Positions 1-9,341 of a stretch of DNA of 64,000 nt are shown one piece after another. A program made the position numbers and the translations under genes. The stretch is from contig CALWTS010000004.1 in NCBI GenBank assembly GCA_944384535.1, forward strand, positions 33,941 through 97,940. Direction: 5' to 3'. Under the pieces are notes generated by a model. It made no database searches, had not been told where the DNA came from, and was given only the letters and a program-made list of their open reading frames with translations. The stretch is from an uncultured Clostridia bacterium. GTDB taxonomy: Bacteria; Bacillota; Clostridia; Christensenellales; UBA1242. Within the stretch, counting starts at the first letter, position 1; the number at the start of each line of letters is the position of its first letter.

Positions 1-104
1 ATAATCTTTTCTTTTTTAAATAAATGCTTCCAAAACTCTTTTCCCTTATATTTCTTTTTTAATTTAAAATCTTTGCTTAAATTTTTTACTTCTATAACTT
101 TCAT
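1..104 (-). CDS. ABC transporter ATP-binding protein, N-terminal fragment running off the window start
   Basis: Reverse complement of 1-104 reads MKVIEVKNLSKDFKLKKKYKGKEFWKHLFKKEKI (ATG = complement of 102-104). The opening resembles ABC ATPase N-termini. Only 34 aa are visible and no Walker A is reached. Confidence 0.4.
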   Translation of the reverse strand, partial: MKVIEVKNLSKDFKLKKKYKGKEFWKHLFKKEKI

Positions 105-195
105 TTTTTTACCGCCATATTACGATTGAATATAACAAAAAAAAGCAAACTTGTCAATAATATTAAATTATAAAAAAAAAGATAAAAAATATCTT

Positions 196-678
196 TTACT
201 TATATTTTTTATCTTTAATATTATCTAAAGCAATTACTAGTGCAACCAAAAACTCCATATCCTCATCTTTTGCATCTAATTCAAAACTATCTCTAATAAA
301 ATTAATTTCTCTTCGAATAGTACCAATGACCTCACCATTTTTTAAAATTTGACATGTAAGAGAAAAGAACTTACCACCAATTTTAATTTCATCTTTATAT
401 CCCAATACAAAGTATTCTTGTTTAATATTAAACCATTTATCTTTTACTGTCGCAATCTTGTTATTATCTTTATCATAAATAAATGCTTTATGAATAAACC
501 AATTAAACCATTTATTTCTAACCTTATATAATACATTGCCTTCTAAATCACAAATGTATTTCTTTCTTGTTATACTAAAAATTTTCCCTTTTACATTTAA
601 TACTGGATTTTTGTTTTCATCTACAACAAATGATGATCCACCTAGAGAAAAAAGCTTGTTTTTAACATAAACTTTCAT
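196..678 (-). CDS. LURP-one-related / YxjI-like (DUF567, tubby C-terminal-like fold) protein
   Basis: 160-aa ORF. The pattern of short beta-strand repeats (KLFSLGGSSFVVDENKNPV...KGKIFSI...YICDLEGNVLYKV) resembles the bacterial YxjI/LOR family. Recognised by eye only. Confidence 0.5.
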   Translation of the reverse strand: MKVYVKNKLFSLGGSSFVVDENKNPVLNVKGKIFSITRKKYICDLEGNVLYKVRNKWFNWFIHKAFIYDKDNNKIATVKDKWFNIKQEYFVLGYKDEIKIGGKFFSLTCQILKNGEVIGTIRREINFIRDSFELDAKDEDMEFLVALVIALDNIKDKKYK

Positions 679-690
679 ACTATACCTCTT

Positions 691-1197
691 TTAAATTAAT
701 TTTGATATTAAAATGATAACTAAAACTAGAATTAGCACCCAACAAACAATTTTAAATGCTAACAGTATTGCCCATCTTTTCTTTAAATCTTTGTCTACAT
801 AATAACTATTTTTTAGTTCTTGCATTTCTAAATTAGTTTCTACTTCTACACATTTACCTTCAGATTTTAATGTTTGAAACCTTATTTTTATGTCACTTTG
901 TTCCTGTAATTTGAATGTATATTTGCAATCAATAACTATGCATTTTTTATCATAAGGTGGCTCAAAAATACCAAAAATACTAACAATAAATGAAATTAAT
1001 GCATAAAGCCACCATAATTTACCTTTTAACTCTAGGTAGCGATAGATTTCAACTTCAATCTCTTCTTTTTCTGTTTGGTAGTTTAAATCATACCCCTCAA
1101 ACTCATTTTTTTTATAATTTACTCGCTGTCCATCTATCATGACAATAGGTTTAACTTTATTACTAACACCTATAAGTTTTATTTTCACATCATTCAT
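691..1197 (-). CDS. hypothetical membrane protein (2 predicted TM segments)
   Basis: 168-aa ORF with hydrophobic stretches WWLYALISFIVSIFGIF and WAILLAFKIVCWVLILVLVIILI. Its start overlaps the upstream gene's stop by 4 nt (1194-1197). Confidence 0.6.
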   Translation of the reverse strand: MNDVKIKLIGVSNKVKPIVMIDGQRVNYKKNEFEGYDLNYQTEKEEIEVEIYRYLELKGKLWWLYALISFIVSIFGIFEPPYDKKCIVIDCKYTFKLQEQSDIKIRFQTLKSEGKCVEVETNLEMQELKNSYYVDKDLKKRWAILLAFKIVCWVLILVLVIILISKLI

Positions 1198-1640
1198 TTT
1201 ATTACCCCCGCCGCTATTACAATAATAGCTATCAAAGCAATACCTATTACAATTGAGGATACTACTATTCTAGCAACATGTTTTTCCTTTTTATCAGTAG
1301 CAAGTAGTATTAATGATATAACAGATAAAACAATTGTAATTGACATAAAAATAAATATATATTGCATGAAAAAGCTTGCAATTTGTGCAGAAATACCAGC
1401 ACTTTTTGCAAAAATATCCCAAAAATTAGGGACCATAATAAAAATAGTACCTATAGAAAGTATAATAATCGAAAATCCTATCAATATAATTGTCGCAGTT
1501 GCAACAAAAGACAAAATACCAGATAAACTTAGGACAATAAAAACTATTGATAAATTAGAAAATATTTTACCTAAACGAGTTTTAAAAAAACTTAAATCTT
1601 CTTTAACACTATTTACAGGGGTTGTATTTTCTGCCTGCAT
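1194..1640 (-). CDS. hypothetical polytopic membrane protein
   Basis: 148-aa ORF that is almost entirely hydrophobic (about 4 TM segments). It is translationally coupled to the downstream ORF. Confidence 0.6.
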   Translation of the reverse strand: MQAENTTPVNSVKEDLSFFKTRLGKIFSNLSIVFIVLSLSGILSFVATATIILIGFSIIILSIGTIFIMVPNFWDIFAKSAGISAQIASFFMQYIFIFMSITIVLSVISLILLATDKKEKHVARIVVSSIVIGIALIAIIVIAAGVIK

Positions 1641-1771
1641 AAATAACTCCTTTTTAGTATTATACGTTTCATTTAATTAAATTATAAGAGAATCTTTATA
1701 TAAAGTCAATTATAATTAACAATAATATAACATTTAAGATATTTTTTTCATAAACTGAAACAGGAGAAATT

Positions 1772-2788
1772 ATGCTAAAAAATATAAATTGTTCTTCTAA
1801 TTGTAAATTTAATCATTACCCATCTCCTATTTTTGATAAATATTATTTTCATATAGAAAATTTTTATAATTCTTCTAATCAACATTTAATCAAATCTATT
1901 ACTGGTCCCACTGGTCCTACTGGTCCTACTGGTCCTACCGGCTCTACTGGATTAAATGGTTTAGATGGAAAAACTGGTCCCACTGGTCCTATAGGTGCAA
2001 CAGGGCCTATCGGTCCTACTGGTCCCACTGGTAATACTGGGGCTACTGGCGCTACTGGGGCTACTGGCGCTACTGGAACTTTAGGAGTTAATCCCTACCT
2101 TTTATATGTAAAATCTGGTAATATTGGTGGAATCGGCACTCAGAATGACCCTTTTCCTACTATCACAGAAGCATTAAATAATATTCAAGAAAATGGTAAA
2201 ATTATAGTGCAAAGCGGAAATTATGATATTGCAAACACAATCAACATAAATAAAAACAATATAAAATTAATTGGATTTCCTGGTACAACACTTACTTTAA
2301 CATCTGCTAATATTCCAATCTTAATTACTGGAAACGGAAACTTAATAAAAGGTTTTACAATTACTAGCAACTCCCCTTATCCTATTGAAATGATACAAAT
2401 AGGTGGAAATAATAATATCATAACTAACAATATAATTTATGGTCCCGAACAACAGGGATCTTCGGATACATGGGTGGTTAATAGAGGTATAGTCACACAA
2501 GGAAACACCAATAATAATATAATTAAATCTAACATAATTTATTCTTTGCGGCAATGTGGATATCTAAATCCAAACTCAAATGGTTTTATAATTCAAAATG
2601 TTTGTTTTAATACTAGAGGTTGGGTTGTAGATAATGCAATTTTTGAATTTTCTGGAAACTCTTGGGGAAATCCATCAAATGCAGTTGATATTGCACTTTT
2701 AAGTGGAACAAAACAAGGTGCCCCATATGATCCTATCTCATTATTACAATCAAACAATTCTGATGCCCAAATTAGTGATCAAAGATAA
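1772..2788 (+). CDS. collagen-like triple-helix repeat protein with C-terminal parallel beta-helix-like domain
   Basis: 20 uninterrupted G-X-Y triplets (GPT x4, [36 protein letters not shown] x4, GTL). These are followed by about 235 aa with repeated NNIIxNNIIYG / [11 protein letters not shown] turns typical of right-handed beta-helix (pectate-lyase-like) folds. RBS aggag lies upstream. No signal peptide. Confidence 0.8.
   Translation: MLKNINCSSNCKFNHYPSPIFDKYYFHIENFYNSSNQHLIKSITGPTGPTGPTGPTGSTGLNGLDGKTGPTGPIGATGPIGPTGPTGNTGATGATGATGATGTLGVNPYLLYVKSGNIGGIGTQNDPFPTITEALNNIQENGKIIVQSGNYDIANTININKNNIKLIGFPGTTLTLTSANIPILITGNGNLIKGFTITSNSPYPIEMIQIGGNNNIITNNIIYGPEQQGSSDTWVVNRGIVTQGNTNNNIIKSNIIYSLRQCGYLNPNSNGFIIQNVCFNTRGWVVDNAIFEFSGNSWGNPSNAVDIALLSGTKQGAPYDPISLLQSNNSDAQISDQR
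1904..2086 (+). repeat. tandem 9-bp (GGT CCn ACT) and 18-bp (GGG GCT ACT GGC GCT ACT) repeats encoding the G-X-Y region
   Basis: Direct reading: actggtcccactggtcctactggtcctactggtcctacc... and ggggctactggcgctactggggctactggcgctactgg. Confidence 0.85.
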
Positions 2789-2813
2789 AAACAAGGTTTT
2801 TCATACCTTGTTT

Positions 2814-3647
2814 TTATCTTTCAAAATATACAACACCATAACATCCTGCACCAACATGAGTTCCAACTACGTAACTAATCTCCTGAACCTTTACTTCTTG
2901 TTTATCATTAAATTTTAATTTATTTTTTTCATACAATTCTTTCGCTTTTTCTTCTAAATCACTATGTATTAAATATAATGGTCTGTTCTCATCTAAATTT
3001 TTAATGGAATTCAAAATAAAACTTTCTGCTTTAGGTGTCCCCATACATTTTGCTATATTCATAACTTTCCCATCAACCAAACTAACAATAGGTTTTATAT
3101 TAAGCATACCTCCTATAGCTGCAGAAGCTCCTGATAATCTACCTGATGCTTTTAAGTATTTTAAATCATTAATTATTGCGAATAATTTTACTTTATCACG
3201 CAATCTATAAAATTCTTTCTTTATTTTTTCAACATCATTTTCTTTTTGACAAAATTTTGCTAACTCAACAATCAACGCACCTTGTGCAACAGTTGCTGCT
3301 TGACTTTCTTCTATAAAAACATTTTTCATTCCTAATTCTTCTGCAGCATTTTGCGCTTGAATTTTTGTGGTAGAAAGCTCCATAGAAATAAGAATAGTTA
3401 TAACAAAAACATCTTCTTTGTTTACAAAATCTTTGTAAAATGACTGAAACTTATAAGCATTTGGCATTGCTGTTTTAGGCATAATTGGAGTATTTTTTAA
3501 TTTTTCATAATATTGTTTATATGGTAACCCTTCTGGATAAATCTCATCTCCAAAATTTAACTCTATAGGTATAATATTAATATTATATTTTTCCTTATCT
3601 TCTTCAGATACATCACAAGCTGCATCTGCAACAAAAACAAACTTCAT
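2814..3647 (-). CDS. DegV family fatty-acid-binding protein
   Basis: 277 aa. MKFVFVADAACD opening, ...GRLSGASAAIGGMLNIKPIVSLVDGKV... and the overall length are typical of DegV. Confidence 0.85.
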   Translation of the reverse strand: MKFVFVADAACDVSEEDKEKYNINIIPIELNFGDEIYPEGLPYKQYYEKLKNTPIMPKTAMPNAYKFQSFYKDFVNKEDVFVITILISMELSTTKIQAQNAAEELGMKNVFIEESQAATVAQGALIVELAKFCQKENDVEKIKKEFYRLRDKVKLFAIINDLKYLKASGRLSGASAAIGGMLNIKPIVSLVDGKVMNIAKCMGTPKAESFILNSIKNLDENRPLYLIHSDLEEKAKELYEKNKLKFNDKQEVKVQEISYVVGTHVGAGCYGVVYFER

Positions 3648-3737
3648 AAATCCTCCCGACTATACTAAACATTTTAACATACTTTAAATTATTTTCAAAC
3701 TATTTTAACTATATTATTAAAAAGGAAGAGAATATCT

Positions 3738-5225
3738 TTACTCTATAACAACATTCCCTTCCAACCAACTATTAAATATTTCTTCCATATCAAATCCTGT
3801 TGATTTATTAAAAATTGAAATCATGTCAGCAGGACAACAATTTTTGTATTTATATTTTTCATAATAATTATTAAGAGCTTTATCAAATTTTTTTTGTCCC
3901 ACTAATTCTTCGATAGAATTAAAAAACAAAATTCCTTTAGTATAAACGCATTGAACATACTCCGGTTCTGTATTAAATTCATTTAAAGATCTATCCATTC
4001 GACCATCTACATTACCAGTAATTTTTGTATAAACTTTTTCAAAAAGTTTATAACTATCTTTTGCTCCGTTTAATAATTGTTTATAGTCTAACCCATAACT
4101 TTTATTTTGTCGAAAGAACATCAATGTACTATACTCTGCTAAACTTTCATCCATCCATGCGTGATTATACTGATCATTTCCAACTATTCCGTACCACCAC
4201 TGATGTGCAATTTCATGAACAATTACATAATTCAAGTCAATTTGTTGAGTATATTTATCACTGATAAGCACCATGTTTGGAAATTCCATACCACCATGAA
4301 CAAAATTAGATTTTACAATGCTTAATTGTTTATAAGAGTATATGCCAAATAAATTATTAAAAGTTTCTACAGCATTAACAGCAATCTTTAAACAACTTTT
4401 TAAGTTTTCATCATTTTTATAGCCATAATAATAAATTGTTGTATTATTTATACAATCAGAGACAATGCTAAATTTTTCACTTAAAACAAAACTAAAATCT
4501 CTTATTTTAAATCCCTCTATATTACTTTGTTTATTTTCATCTTTTAACTCTGTTGAAATTAAATCCCCTGAACTTGCTATCTCATATTTTGCAGGATAAG
4601 TTATTTTTACGTTGTAATTTGCACATTCACTATAAAATGGATCTCCCTTCGAATTATACAAATCCTTATAAAAACCTTTTCCATCTTCATAGACACAGAC
4701 AATTGGATAAAAATTTCCAAAATTAATAGTATTATTTCCATAACCCAATCTGTGATTTATGTTTGCAAGTTTAACAGCAAATTCAATAGATAAACATATT
4801 TTCTCATCGGGATACATCTGAAATGGAAGTTCTACCTCAAGAATATTTTGATCATCACCAGTAATTTGATAATTTAATACATTATTCTTATTATAAACCC
4901 CATAAATTTCTATATTTCCGTAACTTGTTCCATTCTCATAAGCTTCATTTTGACAAGATATCGAAACTACACTTTCTTTAGCTCCTTCTCTAAATGCATT
5001 TGGATATAAATGAAAATATAGATATTCAAACATATTTTCAGAATTATTAGTATAAAGAATTTCTATGTTTCCATATAATATTTTTTCATTATCTTCATAC
5101 TGTAAATTCATTGTGTAATTAGTAAGTTTTTCTTCTTTATTATTGAATGAACATCCACCTAAAAAAATTGGAATAATCATAATTAACAGGATAAAAGGAA
5201 TAAAAAACTTGTTTTTTGTCTTCAT
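3738..5225 (-). CDS. M1-family zinc metallopeptidase (aminopeptidase N-like), probable lipoprotein
   Basis: HEIAH-X18-E gluzincin motif (HEIAHQWWYGIVGNDQYNHAWMDESLAEY). N-terminal signal with FLGGCS lipobox. The ORF track starts at a TTG (5255); the ATG at 5225 (MKTKNKFF...) is preferred. Confidence 0.85.
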   Translation of the reverse strand: MKTKNKFFIPFILLIMIIPIFLGGCSFNNKEEKLTNYTMNLQYEDNEKILYGNIEILYTNNSENMFEYLYFHLYPNAFREGAKESVVSISCQNEAYENGTSYGNIEIYGVYNKNNVLNYQITGDDQNILEVELPFQMYPDEKICLSIEFAVKLANINHRLGYGNNTINFGNFYPIVCVYEDGKGFYKDLYNSKGDPFYSECANYNVKITYPAKYEIASSGDLISTELKDENKQSNIEGFKIRDFSFVLSEKFSIVSDCINNTTIYYYGYKNDENLKSCLKIAVNAVETFNNLFGIYSYKQLSIVKSNFVHGGMEFPNMVLISDKYTQQIDLNYVIVHEIAHQWWYGIVGNDQYNHAWMDESLAEYSTLMFFRQNKSYGLDYKQLLNGAKDSYKLFEKVYTKITGNVDGRMDRSLNEFNTEPEYVQCVYTKGILFFNSIEELVGQKKFDKALNNYYEKYKYKNCCPADMISIFNKSTGFDMEEIFNSWLEGNVVIE

Positions 5226-5341
5226 AATAATATCTATATTACAAAGATTGTCCAACTATGACTTAAAAGTTAAGTTGTATTAATATTATTAATTGTTGTA
5301 AAAACTATTAAAATGTGTTAAAATGTGTGTTGGAGATAAAT

Positions 5342-6790
5342 ATGGCCTTTTGTAAATATTCAACTGAATTAATCGCTAATTCAAAAACAGAAATTGATAA
5401 TATATTTCTAAATGATTACCTTCCTTTTGCACAACCACAATTTGTTGTTGTGTATATTTATGGACTATATCTTTGTAATAGCACATCATTTGATAATAGT
5501 TTAGAAAATTTTGCAAAAACTTTGAACATGAGTGAAGAAGATGTTATAGGTGCTTTTGAATATTGGGAAGAACAAGGTTTGGTTCAAGTTCTAAAAACAA
5601 AACCTATTCAAATTACCTATATTCCTTTAAACAATGTTTTAACATCAAATAAATTATTTAAACCAGACAAATATACAACTTTTAATCAACAAGCAAACGA
5701 TATTTTTTTAGGAAAAAGAAGCATATCAAAGCATGAGTATAGTGAATATTATGATTTTCTTGAACGATATCACGTTGAACAAGAAGCTTTACTTATGATT
5801 ATGAAATATTGCGTAGAAACCAAAAAATCAGCTGTTGGATATAATTACATATTAACAGTAGCAAAAAATTGGGCAAATGAAGGAATTACTACTACCGCTG
5901 CTGTCGAAGAACGTCTAAAAAGTTTCGAAGATAAAAATCCTGACTTGGCAGAAATCTTTAACGCAATAGGTATAAAACGCTCACCTTATGTAGAAGAAAG
6001 ATCTCTATTAAATAAATGGCAAAATGAATTAGGTTTCAATATGGATGTTATTTTATATGTTTGTAAAAACTACAAAAAGAAATCTAGATTCTCTTTTGAA
6101 AAAATTGACGAAATCTTGTCAAAATATTATGAAATGAAATTGTTTTCAATTTTAGAAATCGAAAACTTCGAAAAAGAGAAAAAGAGTCTTTTTAATCTTG
6201 CAAAAGAAATAAATAAGTCAATTGGTGTTTATTATGAAAATCTAGAAACTATAGTCGAAAACTATATTCTTAAATGGATTAATATGGGATTTGATAAGCA
6301 ACTTTTACTTCAAATAGCAGAATTTTGTTTTAAAACATCGATAAGAACGTTAGAGGGAATGAATGAAACTATTTCGAAATTTTATAAACTAGGAATTTTA
6401 AGTACTTCAGCTTTTAATGATTATATGAATAATATATTAAAGCAAGACAGTCAAATTAGTTCAATTCTAGAAAAACTAAATATTAATCGTAATGTTAATT
6501 ATTTAGATAGAACAAACTTCAAAACTTGGCAAAACGATTGGCAAATGTCTAAAGATTTGATAGATTATGCTGTTACAATATCTCAAAATAAAGACAACCC
6601 ACTAAAATATTTATCAAGAGTTCTTGCTGATTGGCATGAAAAGGGAATAAAAACAGTTGATGAGGCAAAACAAACAACACCTATAAATAATATTTATGAA
6701 AATAAAAATGAAAAAAATTTTAAAGGAAGAAGTTATTCTAGCCAAGAATGGAATGCACTTTATCAATCAATAGATGAAATAGAAATATAG
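5342..6790 (+). CDS. dnaB: replication initiation/membrane attachment protein, DnaB(Bacillus-type)/DnaD-domain
   Basis: Repeated DnaD C-terminal-like modules (YNYILTVAKNWANEGITTTAAVEE; LKYLSRVLADWHEKGIKTVDEAKQ). It lies immediately upstream of dnaI, as in Bacillus. The ATG at 5342 is preceded by GGAG; the track start at 5315 has no RBS. Confidence 0.75.
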   Translation: MAFCKYSTELIANSKTEIDNIFLNDYLPFAQPQFVVVYIYGLYLCNSTSFDNSLENFAKTLNMSEEDVIGAFEYWEEQGLVQVLKTKPIQITYIPLNNVLTSNKLFKPDKYTTFNQQANDIFLGKRSISKHEYSEYYDFLERYHVEQEALLMIMKYCVETKKSAVGYNYILTVAKNWANEGITTTAAVEERLKSFEDKNPDLAEIFNAIGIKRSPYVEERSLLNKWQNELGFNMDVILYVCKNYKKKSRFSFEKIDEILSKYYEMKLFSILEIENFEKEKKSLFNLAKEINKSIGVYYENLETIVENYILKWINMGFDKQLLLQIAEFCFKTSIRTLEGMNETISKFYKLGILSTSAFNDYMNNILKQDSQISSILEKLNINRNVNYLDRTNFKTWQNDWQMSKDLIDYAVTISQNKDNPLKYLSRVLADWHEKGIKTVDEAKQTTPINNIYENKNEKNFKGRSYSSQEWNALYQSIDEIEI

Positions 6791-6800
6791 GAGTGTTAGT

Positions 6801-7700
6801 ATGAATAAAAAATTTTTAGAAAAAACTCAACAAATAATTGATTCCAGAAAATTTGATGCAGAAAATAAAGCACTTGACAACAAAACAAAAGCATTAAAAA
6901 ATGAAAAGTTTAATAACCTTTTTAATCAATACATTAACCTCATGCTTAGCGAAACAAAAAAAGGAATTTCAAACTCTAACGAACTTAAAAATCTAAAAAG
7001 CAAAGTTGATAAAAGTTTAAAAGTTTTAGAACTTTTTCCAATCGAACCAGATTACTTTTGCAAAAAATGTAATGATAGTGGAAAAATTAATGGAAAATAC
7101 TGTGACTGTTTTAAATCAGAATTAAACAAACTTTTAATTAAAGAAAGTGGTTTTTCAAAATTAGAAGATTTTGATAATGTTAAATATGATATTTATCAAA
7201 ATCAAAAAGAAATGTTTTGTTTGTTTAGCAAAATGAAAGAGTGGTGCCATTCTAAATTTGACAAAAATATTGTTGTGTTAGGTGGCGAAACAGGAGTAGG
7301 TAAAACATTTCTTATGAAGTGTATGGCAAATGAACTTATTAAACTCAATAAAGTTGTTTTATTAACTTCTTCATTCAACATGAATCAAGATTTTTTAAAG
7401 AGTTACTCATCTCGTGAAATGGAAGAAAAAAGCAATTTATTAGATAAATATTTAGACAGCGAAATTCTCTTTATAGATGATTTGGGAACTGAATTAAGAC
7501 AACCTAATATAACAGTAAAATATTTATATTTAATTTTAAATGAAAGATCAATAAATAAGAAACCTACTATTATAACAACAAACTTAACCCTTGAAGAAAT
7601 AAATGATTACTATGATGAAAGAATTTCAAGCAGACTTGCAAATCAACAAACTTCAATTTGTGTATTTATACATGGAAAAGATTTAAGATTAAAAAGATAG
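6801..7700 (+). CDS. dnaI: primosomal helicase loader DnaI
   Basis: N-terminal Cys cluster (CKKCNDSGKINGKYCDC), Walker A GGETGVGKTF, Walker B LFIDDLG. Operon with the dnaB-like gene. Confidence 0.85.
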   Translation: MNKKFLEKTQQIIDSRKFDAENKALDNKTKALKNEKFNNLFNQYINLMLSETKKGISNSNELKNLKSKVDKSLKVLELFPIEPDYFCKKCNDSGKINGKYCDCFKSELNKLLIKESGFSKLEDFDNVKYDIYQNQKEMFCLFSKMKEWCHSKFDKNIVVLGGETGVGKTFLMKCMANELIKLNKVVLLTSSFNMNQDFLKSYSSREMEEKSNLLDKYLDSEILFIDDLGTELRQPNITVKYLYLILNERSINKKPTIITTNLTLEEINDYYDERISSRLANQQTSICVFIHGKDLRLKR

Positions 7701-7729
7701 AAAAAACTGGTATCCAACCAGTTTTTTTT

Positions 7730-8341
7730 CTATCTCTTTAAAAATTTTTTGAAAACTTGTATATTTTTCATTTGTTCCTGATAAGAACTATCTCTATCAT
7801 GTCCACTTTTAACTAGATTAAATTCTAACCTTTCTAATTTACACAAAGAATTAAACATTGAATTTTTATCTGAAAATTTTAAATCTGTTCTTCCTATGCT
7901 TCTATTGAAAAGAACATCACCAGCAAACAATATTCCATCAACTAAATAACATTCACAACATAAACTATGTCCAGGACAGTGATAATAGTTGATAGTAAAG
8001 TTTTTTAAATTTATGATTCCATCTCCATCTAGCAAAAATAATTTATCTTTATTTAAAATTTTAATAGTTTTATTACCATAATTTGCATCCCCATCTTCTA
8101 AAGTCTTTGTTATTTCATTGTTTGCGTAAATCGGACATTTAAAATATTCTTGATAATCATTAACAAACAAACTATGATCATAATGGCCATGAGTTAAAAA
8201 AATTCCTTCTACTTTATTTTTCCCAACAATGTTTTTTATTTTTTCTAAAGAAGCTCCACAATCTATTATTATACAACTATCTTCTTTCTCATAAATAAAA
8301 ACATTTGATTCTAGATGATCACCTATAATTGTTTTTATCAT
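7730..8341 (-). CDS. MBL-fold metallo-hydrolase
   Basis: THGHYDHS (HxHxDH) motif plus downstream His/Asp ligands. 203 aa. Confidence 0.8.
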   Translation of the reverse strand: MIKTIIGDHLESNVFIYEKEDSCIIIDCGASLEKIKNIVGKNKVEGIFLTHGHYDHSLFVNDYQEYFKCPIYANNEITKTLEDGDANYGNKTIKILNKDKLFLLDGDGIINLKNFTINYYHCPGHSLCCECYLVDGILFAGDVLFNRSIGRTDLKFSDKNSMFNSLCKLERLEFNLVKSGHDRDSSYQEQMKNIQVFKKFLKR

Positions 8342-8391
8342 TTTAACCTCTCTAAAAAAGTTTAGTATAAATTTTTAACATTTAATTACTT

Positions 8392-8991
8392 TTACTTTTT
8401 AACTTTTAGATTTTTTATTACACTATAAATTTCATTCCAGTTATCACATCTTATCATATTTGCATTTGAATATGTTATATTATATGGTTCGTTCATACAA
8501 ATAACTGGAATTCTTGTTGAAACTTCTTCTAAATTTTTTACTGAATCATCTATAAAAATATCTACATCATTTTTAATTACATAAAATAACTTACTTTCTG
8601 TTCTTGGTGAAAAACATAGTTCATCATAAACAATTTGATGTTTGTTTAACCATCTCAACAAATGGAGTCTGCTAATTTCACCTAATTCATTGTCTTTATC
8701 ACAATTATATCTGGCTGTAATAATACAAATTTTATTTCCCTCATCTCTTAATTTTTTTAAAATTATGTTCGCATCTTTTTTCATTTCAACTTCATCAGTA
8801 TATTTTAAAAATTCTTCATTCCAAAAAACTTCATCATCTTCATCTGACCAACCATATATTTCTTTTGTATTATAACCATTAATATTTTTTTTTATGTCTA
8901 AATTCCTTCTTTTTGCAAACTCCTCACCTTCTTTATGAATAAATTTAAATAGTTCTGTTAAAACCCCATCAACATCAACACCTATTACCAA
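8392..8991 (-). CDS. HAD-superfamily 5'(3')-deoxyribonucleotidase-like protein
   Basis: HAD motif I GVDVDGVLT at the N-terminus and IFIDD motif. A TTG start at 8991 lies 6 nt after AAGGAGG; the track start at 9012 would read through the RBS. Paralogue of 26276-26860. Confidence 0.7.
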   Translation of the reverse strand: MVIGVDVDGVLTELFKFIHKEGEEFAKRRNLDIKKNINGYNTKEIYGWSDEDDEVFWNEEFLKYTDEVEMKKDANIILKKLRDEGNKICIITARYNCDKDNELGEISRLHLLRWLNKHQIVYDELCFSPRTESKLFYVIKNDVDIFIDDSVKNLEEVSTRIPVICMNEPYNITYSNANMIRCDNWNEIYSVIKNLKVKK

Positions 8992-9078
8992 AATAATCCT
9001 CCTTAATAACAAAACAATTATAACATATTTTAAAAATATTCACAATAATAAATTCTGCAAATTACTCTAATAAAATAA

Positions 9079-9107
9079 TTGACTTATATTTTTTTTTATA
9101 GTAAAAT
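9079..9107 (+). promoter_or_regulatory. sigma-A-type promoter for tRNA-Trp
   Basis: TTGACT (9079-9084), 17-nt spacer, TAAAAT (9102-9107), about 18 nt upstream of the tRNA 5' end. Confidence 0.6.
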
Positions 9108-9124
9108 ACTTGTGTTTTATTTAT

Positions 9125-9199
9125 AGGGGTGTAGTTCATCGGTAGAATGAGAGTCTCCAAAACTCCAGAGGAGGGTTCGATTCCTTCCACCCCTGCCAA
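9125..9199 (+). tRNA. trnW: tRNA-Trp (anticodon CCA)
   Basis: AGGGGTG...CACCCCT acceptor stem, D-loop TCGGTAGA, anticodon loop CTCCAAA, T-arm GGTTCGATTCC, encoded GCCA 3' end. Confidence 0.9.
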
Positions 9200-9200
9200 G

Positions 9201-9228
9201 AAAAAGCCTTTAATGGCTTTTTTTTTTA
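9201..9228 (+). terminator. rho-independent terminator after tRNA-Trp
   Basis: AAAGCC-tttaat-GGCTTT hairpin followed by a T run. Confidence 0.75.
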
Positions 9229-9281
9229 TTTTCACAATCAATCAATATTTTTAATATTATGTAGTAGATAAAAATCTTTAA

Positions 9282-9326
9282 TTTTACATAACATTTTTGA
9301 ATCTAATAAAGAAATGTTATGTAAAA
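9282..9326 (+). promoter_or_regulatory. perfect 15-nt inverted repeat just upstream of the RBS of the DUF11 operon
   Basis: TTTTACATAACATTT (9282-9296), 15-nt spacer, AAATGTTATGTAAAA (9312-9326). The RBS aaggagg is at 9331-9337. No T run follows, so it is not a terminator. Confidence 0.5.
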
Positions 9327-9341
9327 ATATAAGGAGGATAA

